NCBI GenBank assembly: GCA_963823505.1
Contig: CAWGLY010000005.1
Span: 1,438,174-1,502,173, forward strand
Length of the DNA: 64,000 nucleotides
Source of the DNA: an uncultured Acidimicrobiia bacterium
Lineage (GTDB): Bacteria; Actinomycetota; Acidimicrobiia; Spongiisociales; UBA5794
Direction: 5' to 3'
Below the pieces are notes generated by a model. It worked only from the letters and a program-made list of their open reading frames with translations. It was not told the origin of the DNA and ran no database searches. Below, in pieces: positions 57,700 through 64,000 of the stretch (position 1 is its first letter; the number at the start of each line of letters is the position of its first letter). The position numbers and the translations under genes are program-made.

Positions 57700-59256
57700 G
57701 TGGTTTGGGAACCCGAACTCGAAGAACTGCGCCGCCGCAAGGAAATGGCCGCACGAATGGGTGGCGAGGAGCGGGTCGCACGGCACACGTCTGCCGGCAA
57801 ACTGACCGTGCGCGAGCGGATCGACCGGCTTGTCGACTCAGGCTCATTCGGCGAGATCGGCAGCACCGCAGGCTTCGCCACCTATGCCGACGACGGGACC
57901 CTGGAAACCCTGAGCCCTGCCAACTTCGTGTTTGGCGATGCCTCACTCGATGGGCGTCCTGTTGTGATCGCCGGAGACGACTTCACGGTGCGTGGTGGCG
58001 CAGCCGACGCCTCCATCTGGCAGAAGCTCGTCGATGCAGAAAGGCGAGCGCGGCGTCTCCGGGTCCCGATCGTCCGGCTCGTCGACGGGTCGGGAGGTGG
58101 CGGAAGCGTCAAGTCGTACCACGACATGGGTCGCACCTACGTGCCGCCGCTGCCGGGGTGGAGCGACCAGATGCAAATACTCAGCGAGGTCCCCGTCGTC
58201 GCCGCCGCACTCGGGTCGGTTGCGGGTCTGGGCGCCGCCCGGGTCGCTGGATCGCACTTCTCATTGATGGTCGAAGACACATCGCAGGTCTTCGTGGCCG
58301 GTCCTCCCATCGTGTCCTACGCCACCCGCGAGGACGTCGACAAAGAGGTGCTCGGAGGATCGGATGTCCACGGGAAGAACGGCACCGTGGACATGGTCGT
58401 TGCGGACGAACCGGCGGCCTTCACGGCGATTCGCCGCTTTCTCTCCTACCTCCCCCGCAACGTGTGGGAAACCCCACCTGTCGTGCCCGGCAACGACGAC
58501 CCCGACCGCTCCGAAGAGGCCCTGCTCTCGCTCGTACCACGCAACCGTCGCCAGATCTACGACGGCCGCAAGCTGATCGAACTCGTCGTCGACGAGGATT
58601 CCTTTTTCGAGATCGGGAGGGGGTGGGGTCGCGCCCTGGTGAGCGGTCTTGCCAGGATCGATGGCCGGCCGGTGGGGATTCTCGGTGCCGACCCACGCAT
58701 CGCGGGTGGGGTGCTGAGCGCCAACGGCGCCGACAAGCTGCGCCGTTTTGTGGATCTGTGCGACACCTTCCGTCTGCCGCTGATCAACTTCGTCGACCAG
58801 CCGGGCTTTGCGGTCGGCACCAAAGCCGAGGCGGCGGCCACGGTGCGACGCGGCGTCGCAGCCATCGCTGCGCTGTATCAGATGACGGTGCCCTACTTCG
58901 TCGTCATCGTGCGGCGTGCCTTCGGCGTTGCGGGAGCAGCCATGGTGGACGTCGGGCAACCGCACATGCGGGTGGCGTGGCCGAGCGCCGACTGGGGATC
59001 ACTGCCCCTCGAAGGCGGCGTCGAAGCTGCGTACAAGAGGGCACTGGCCGAGGCGGCCGACCCTGATGCGCTGCGACAGGAGCTCCTCGCCGGGTTCGAG
59101 GCCGTCCGGTCGCCGTTCCGCACTGCCGATGCCTACGACATCGAGGAGATCATCGATCCTCGCCTGACCCGCTCCGTGCTCTCCCGCTGGGTGCGGGTTG
59201 CGTACGGGACCCTCGACCACGACCTTGGCAGACGGGGCCGCGGCTTCCGTCCGTAG
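57700..59256 (+). CDS. Acyl-CoA carboxylase carboxyltransferase subunit
   Basis: GKLTVRERIDRLVD, DDFTVRGG, FVAGPP, FVDQPGF, EEIIDPR. Confidence 0.9.
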   Translation: MVWEPELEELRRRKEMAARMGGEERVARHTSAGKLTVRERIDRLVDSGSFGEIGSTAGFATYADDGTLETLSPANFVFGDASLDGRPVVIAGDDFTVRGGAADASIWQKLVDAERRARRLRVPIVRLVDGSGGGGSVKSYHDMGRTYVPPLPGWSDQMQILSEVPVVAAALGSVAGLGAARVAGSHFSLMVEDTSQVFVAGPPIVSYATREDVDKEVLGGSDVHGKNGTVDMVVADEPAAFTAIRRFLSYLPRNVWETPPVVPGNDDPDRSEEALLSLVPRNRRQIYDGRKLIELVVDEDSFFEIGRGWGRALVSGLARIDGRPVGILGADPRIAGGVLSANGADKLRRFVDLCDTFRLPLINFVDQPGFAVGTKAEAAATVRRGVAAIAALYQMTVPYFVVIVRRAFGVAGAAMVDVGQPHMRVAWPSADWGSLPLEGGVEAAYKRALAEAADPDALRQELLAGFEAVRSPFRTADAYDIEEIIDPRLTRSVLSRWVRVAYGTLDHDLGRRGRGFRP

Positions 59257-59280
59257 CCGGCAATCCCGTAACATCGCCCC

Positions 59281-60261
59281 ATGACCACGTTCCGTTGGGG
59301 GATACTCGGCACCGGCGTCATGGCCCGCAGCATGACCGAAGCGCTGAAGGCGCGCTCGGATGCCGTCGTGACGGCGGTGGGATCGCGGACCGCAGCTCGG
59401 GCGCATGAGTTCGCCCAGACGCTGGGGATTCCGCACGCCCACGGCTCGTACGAAGAGCTCGTGGACGCACCGGACGTCGACATCGTCTACGTGGCTACGA
59501 CCAACGACCAGCACCTCGCCAACACCCTGGCGTGTATCGACGCCGGCAAGGCCGTGCTGTGCGAGAAGCCGCTCGGGCTGAACGACCACGAGGTCGGGCA
59601 GATGGCGGATGCGGCGCAGCGCCGTGGCACGTTCCTGATGGAAGCGATGTGGATGCGGTTCCAGCCCTTCCTCACCAAGGTCGAGGCCCTGATCGCCGCA
59701 GGCGAGATCGGCACCGTCCGCCACCTGCACGCCGACTTCTGTATCCCCTTGCCGTATGCCCCCGACAACCGGTGGTTCGATCCGGAGCAAGGCGGCGGCA
59801 GCCTGCTCGATCTCGGCGTCTATCCCCTGACGCTGGCCTATCACGTCCTGGGCGAGCCTCGAGCCACGGTCGCCATGGCCCAGCTCGCCCCAACGGGGGT
59901 CGATGCCCAGATCGGCGTACAGTCCACCCACGACAACGAGACGCTCTCGGTCCTGACCTCGAGCCTCGTCGCCGACGGTGCGTGGGAAGCGACCATCTCG
60001 GGAACATCGGGGCGCATCCGCATGCACCCCCCGTTCCACCACTCGCCAAGGGTGACGCTGCATCGACGTGGGGAGCTGATAGCGAGCCACGACACCTCAT
60101 ACGGCGTCAGCGGGCTCCAGTTCGAGATCGACGAAGTTCACTCCTGTCTCAGGAGGGGCGCAACAGAGAGCGACCGAATGCCGCTCGATGACAGTGCCGC
60201 CATTGCAGCCTGGATGACCGAAGTGCGGCGCCAATGCGCCATTCGCTACCCGGGAGAGTGA
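59281..60261 (+). CDS. Gfo/Idh/MocA family oxidoreductase
   Basis: WGILGTG, LCEKP, MEAMWMRF, GGSLLDLGVYP. Confidence 0.92.
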   Translation: MTTFRWGILGTGVMARSMTEALKARSDAVVTAVGSRTAARAHEFAQTLGIPHAHGSYEELVDAPDVDIVYVATTNDQHLANTLACIDAGKAVLCEKPLGLNDHEVGQMADAAQRRGTFLMEAMWMRFQPFLTKVEALIAAGEIGTVRHLHADFCIPLPYAPDNRWFDPEQGGGSLLDLGVYPLTLAYHVLGEPRATVAMAQLAPTGVDAQIGVQSTHDNETLSVLTSSLVADGAWEATISGTSGRIRMHPPFHHSPRVTLHRRGELIASHDTSYGVSGLQFEIDEVHSCLRRGATESDRMPLDDSAAIAAWMTEVRRQCAIRYPGE

Positions 60262-61583
60262 TCCGCCACGGGCAGCCTGACCGTGAACACGGTGTTGGCG
60301 GGCTCAGACGCAACCGTCAAAGCACCGCCGTGCTGCTCCTGGACGATGTGACGGGAGATGTCGAGCCCGATCCCCGTGCCCTGACCGATGGGTTTGGTCG
60401 TGAAGAACGGCTCGAAGACGCGATCGAGGATGTCCGTCGGGATCCCCGGCCCATCGTCGCGGATCTCCACCACGACCCATGGGCCGTCGGTCGTCGTGAC
60501 GATGGTCAGCGTTCCGCGGCCTCCAAGTGCGTCCGCGGCGTTGGCGATGAGATTTGTCCACACCTGATTGAGCTCTCCCCCGTGTCCATCGACCCGAGGA
60601 AGGTCGGTGGCGTACTCCGTGACGATCTTGATGCCCGAGAGCTTGCCGCGGAGCATGATCAGCGTGTCGGCCAGCCCTCGATTGATGTCGACTTCCTGCC
60701 GATCTCCCCGATCCAGATAGGTGTACGAGCGCAGCGCACCGACGATCTCCGAGATCCGGCCGCCGGCCTCCGCGATCTCTGCGGCTAGCGCAGCGGCTTC
60801 GTGGCTGCGGGCGAGCGAGCGCAGCCATGTCGACGCATCGCCACCCCCCTCCAGAAGCTCTGGCAGATCCGCCGGCGCTACCCCGAGGTCAACCAGCACC
60901 CCACCGACCGTCCACGGTTCGTCGATCCCAACAGCCTCGAGCGCGTCCTCCATTGCGTCGTCTGCGTCGCTTCTCGCCATCGAGCCCATCACCACGCGCG
61001 ACCCCAGCCGCGGCATGATGTCGTCCCAACCGGGAGGCGCCAGATCCGGCTCAGCCACCAGCAAGCTGCGAAGTGTGCTCGCTGCCCTGACGATGGCTGC
61101 GGCAGGGTTGTTCAGCTCATGCGCGACGCCGGCAGAGAGCGAGCCGAGCTGGGCGAGCTTGTCGCTCTCCTGGAGCGCCTGGTCGGTCTCTCGCCATCGA
61201 TCGAACATCGTCTGTAGCATCGCTCTGGCTGCGGCCGTGGATTCCTCTGTGAGCTTGCGGAACGCGTCTCCGTCGATGGCAATGAGGGCCGCATCCGTCG
61301 CAGCTCTGACCGATGCAGTGCGGTGAGTTGCCTGGAGAATTGCCATCTCGCCGATGACGGATCCGGGTCCTGATCTCGTGACCAGCACCTCCCTGTCTCG
61401 CGATCGTTTCAGGATTTCGAGCTGGCCTCGTTCCACCACGTACGCTCTGTCGCCGACGGCGCCCTCTTCGAACAGCAGTTCCCCAGCACGAAGGTCGATA
61501 CGCTCCACCCGAGCCAGCAGGCGGTCCAGGTCGTCATCGTCGAGCGTCGAGAAGAGCTCGACGCGCCGCAGCGCATCCTTCAC
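60246..61583 (-). CDS. Soluble histidine kinase with N-terminal cNMP-binding domain
   Basis: LFEEG..YVVERG..GEMAIL..RTASVRA; AHELNNP, NQVWTNLIANA, DDGPGI, GTGIGL; GTGA overlap with the upstream gene. Confidence 0.92.
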   Translation of the reverse strand: MKDALRRVELFSTLDDDDLDRLLARVERIDLRAGELLFEEGAVGDRAYVVERGQLEILKRSRDREVLVTRSGPGSVIGEMAILQATHRTASVRAATDAALIAIDGDAFRKLTEESTAAARAMLQTMFDRWRETDQALQESDKLAQLGSLSAGVAHELNNPAAAIVRAASTLRSLLVAEPDLAPPGWDDIMPRLGSRVVMGSMARSDADDAMEDALEAVGIDEPWTVGGVLVDLGVAPADLPELLEGGGDASTWLRSLARSHEAAALAAEIAEAGGRISEIVGALRSYTYLDRGDRQEVDINRGLADTLIMLRGKLSGIKIVTEYATDLPRVDGHGGELNQVWTNLIANAADALGGRGTLTIVTTTDGPWVVVEIRDDGPGIPTDILDRVFEPFFTTKPIGQGTGIGLDISRHIVQEQHGGALTVASEPANTVFTVRLPVADHSPG

Positions 61584-63235
61584 ACGGACTCCAGGTAGCG
61601 GTGGATGAGGCTGATCGTCATCGAGCCGAGGCCAACGGCGGTGGCGACCCGGTTGACCGAACCGTACCGGCAATCGCCGGCAGCGAAGATTCCCGGGACA
61701 GACGTCTCGAGGTACATCGGCTCTCGTTTCTCCCGCCACCCTCGAGGCCGCCCGCCATCCCGCATCAGATCGGGGCCGGTGAGGATGAAACCCGACGGGT
61801 GCCGCTCCACGAGACCTGCGACGAGTTCGGTGTGGGGCCGCTGCCCAATGAAGATGAACAGCGCGGCCGCGTCGAAGACCTCTTCTTCCCCGGTATCGCG
61901 ATTCAGCACCGTGACGGCCTCGAGACTCGGGTCGCCGTGGACCGCGGTGCACTCGCGTCGGGTCAAGACCTCGATGTTCGGTGTCGCCGCGATCTGATCG
62001 ATCAGGTATTGCGACATGCTCCCAGCCAGGCTGCTGTTGCGCACCAGCATGGTGACCTGCGAGGCGTACCGCGAGAACAGCATGGAGCCCTGGCCCGCCG
62101 AGTTTGCGCCTCCGACCACGAACATGGGCTTGCCCGCGTAGTTGGGCGCCTCGGTCAACGCCGCTCCGTAGAAGACGCCGGCACCCGTCACCTTCTCGAT
62201 GCCAGGCACCTCCAGCTCACGGGTCGCCACGCCCATCGCAAGGATGATCGCCTTGCACGTGACTTCGGTGCCGTTGGACAACTCGACGATCTTGTGGGGC
62301 TCCTCGACGCGGATCCCGGTCACCTCGACGGCCGTCAGGATCTCGCACCCGAGCCGCGTCGCCTGGTCGGTTGCCCGCTTGGCGAGGTCGGCGCCGGACA
62401 GGCCCTTCGGAAATCCGAGATAGTTCTCGATGCGCGACGAGGTGCCGGCCTGGCCCCCGGTCGCTTCCCGTTCCACGAGCAGCGTCCGCATGCCCTCAGA
62501 CGCACCGTAGACCCCTGCGGCGAGACCTGCGGGGCCCCCGCCGACGATCACAACGTCGTAGAAAGGCTGGTCTGCCTCGGTGTGGAGCCCCGCCTTCTGG
62601 GCCAGCTCGTTCTCCGTGGGATCCGCCAGCCACCCCCCGTCGGGAAAGAAGATCACAGGGAGCGTCGGATCGCCCAGCGCCTCTACCATCCCGCGGGCTT
62701 CGGAGCTGGCTTCCACATCCAGCCACCGGTACGGAATCCGGTTGCGAGACAAGAAGTCCTTTGCGGTGTGCGAGCGCGCCGACCACAGCGCTCCCACAAC
62801 GCGGATGCCGTCATACGGCACCACAGCCGTCGCCGCCCATGCCTCCAGCAGGTCGTCGACGATCGGGTAGAGGAGCTGCTCGGGGGGCTCCCACGGCTTC
62901 ATGAGGTAGTGGTCGAGGCCGATGGTGTTGATCGACTCGATGGCCGCCTGCGTGTCGGCATACGCCGTCAGAAGGATCGTCTTGACGTCCGGATACACCT
63001 CCACCGCCGCCGCCAGGAACTCAGTGCCGGTCATCCCCGGCATCCGCTGGTCGGCGATGAGCAGCGCCACGGCGTCGTTCCGCCGTTTCAGCTCCTGCAC
63101 GGTGGCGAGCCCGTCGGCTCCGGACGTCGCGGAGACGACGCGGTAGTCGGCTCGGTACCGGACCTTGATGTCGCGCTCGACTGCAGCCGCCACAGCGGCG
63201 TCGTCATCTACACAGAGAATCACCGGCTTCGCCAC
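61580..63235 (-). CDS. Response regulator receiver fused to a thioredoxin-reductase-like FAD oxidoreductase
   Basis: VDDD..ADQRMP..LLTAYAD..KPW receiver; GGGPAGL, SSRIENYLGFP, VGGANSAG, FAAGD; SD GGAGG. Confidence 0.92.
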   Translation of the reverse strand: MAKPVILCVDDDAAVAAAVERDIKVRYRADYRVVSATSGADGLATVQELKRRNDAVALLIADQRMPGMTGTEFLAAAVEVYPDVKTILLTAYADTQAAIESINTIGLDHYLMKPWEPPEQLLYPIVDDLLEAWAATAVVPYDGIRVVGALWSARSHTAKDFLSRNRIPYRWLDVEASSEARGMVEALGDPTLPVIFFPDGGWLADPTENELAQKAGLHTEADQPFYDVVIVGGGPAGLAAGVYGASEGMRTLLVEREATGGQAGTSSRIENYLGFPKGLSGADLAKRATDQATRLGCEILTAVEVTGIRVEEPHKIVELSNGTEVTCKAIILAMGVATRELEVPGIEKVTGAGVFYGAALTEAPNYAGKPMFVVGGANSAGQGSMLFSRYASQVTMLVRNSSLAGSMSQYLIDQIAATPNIEVLTRRECTAVHGDPSLEAVTVLNRDTGEEEVFDAAALFIFIGQRPHTELVAGLVERHPSGFILTGPDLMRDGGRPRGWREKREPMYLETSVPGIFAAGDCRYGSVNRVATAVGLGSMTISLIHRYLESV

Positions 63236-63253
63236 CGGCACCTCCTCCCGTCA

Positions 63254-64000
63254 TCAACCTACCGCGGTGAGTACGTAGTCGTCGGCGCCGTCGTCCCACT
63301 CGAGCGAAACCAGTCCTTCACGCTGCGCCGCCCGGCAGAACTGCAGGAAGCCCCGGTAGCCGTACTTCTTCTCGGTGAAATCGGGCTGCACCTTGCGCAC
63401 CTGGTTCTTGAGGCCGGACAGCACCACTTGGTCGCCGCGTTTCTCGAGGCCGGCCACCACCGACCGGAGCAGGCTGAAGGCTTCGGCTTCGCCGCCCACG
63501 TGCTCGGGCAACGACACGTCCGGATCCCCCTTGGACGGGCCCTCGCTGAGCTCGACGACATTCCGATCGGCAAGATGGCGCAGCAGCTCCCCAAACGCAC
63601 GGAACCCATAGTCGGCCTCGCTGAATGTCGGGTCCTTGCGCAGCAGGGTCCGTTTGAGTGTCGACGCCGACACGGACCCACTCGACCCGCGCTGCATGCC
63701 CACCAGGGTCTGCGCGATGGCCACCGCCAGCTGGTCGACGCTCGGTGCGGCCGACTCTTCCTCGTCGACTTCGACCTCGGCCTCGATCTCCGGCAGCTCA
63801 TCGCGGACGTCCGAACGAGGCCTGCGGGTACGGCGCCGCCTCGTCCGCTCCGCAGGAGCGTCGGCACCCTCCAGGGTCTCGTAGAACAGGAACTCGTCGC
63901 AGGCAGGGGGCAGGAGCTTGGACGTCGACTGTTTGACCCCGACGCCGATCACGCGCTTGTTCAGCTCCCGCAACTTGTGGACGAGCGGGGTGAAGTCACT
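63254..64000 (-). CDS. NYN (LabA-like PIN) domain protein with two OST-HTH/LOTUS domains (partial, 5' end outside window)
   Basis: SDFTPLVHKLRELNKRVIGVG, CDEFLFY; DPTFSEADYGFRAF and PDFTEKKYGYRGF repeats. Confidence 0.88.
   Translation of the reverse strand, partial: SDFTPLVHKLRELNKRVIGVGVKQSTSKLLPPACDEFLFYETLEGADAPAERTRRRRTRRPRSDVRDELPEIEAEVEVDEEESAAPSVDQLAVAIAQTLVGMQRGSSGSVSASTLKRTLLRKDPTFSEADYGFRAFGELLRHLADRNVVELSEGPSKGDPDVSLPEHVGGEAEAFSLLRSVVAGLEKRGDQVVLSGLKNQVRKVQPDFTEKKYGYRGFLQFCRAAQREGLVSLEWDDGADDYVLTAVG

Overview
High-GC window from an actinobacterium, most likely Acidimicrobiia-like (inferred from the argS-lysA-hom-rho-rpmE-prfA order, WhiB, DUF3107, MDMPI and a Rho with an N-terminal insertion). 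It is mostly core genome: translation, amino-acid and central metabolism genes, tRNA-Arg(CCG), Ku plus a stand-alone ligase, rlmN, bcp, galU and tal. No CRISPR array, rRNA, integrase or transposase was found. Best leads: (1) a DUF5317 gene next to a tandem intact/degenerate membrane HD-GYP pair, whose leader contains a tiny Trp-Trp ORF (MEWWP), a candidate peptide-to-c-di-GMP signalling system; (2) a ~7.5 kb ClC-PPK2-P-type ATPase-SulP block bracketed by 70-bp direct repeats copied from the 5' end of an ABC transporter gene; (3) an NYN / receiver-TrxR fusion (no CxxC) / cNMP histidine kinase operon; (4) 23-bp periodic motifs upstream of an AAA-DUF4143 gene; (5) a tRNA att-like scar; (6) a probable ATA start codon; (7) a Rex/CRP-like operator at whiB. 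The frameshifts in acnA and an MDMPI gene may be sequencing errors. All family assignments come from motif recognition by eye, not database searches.
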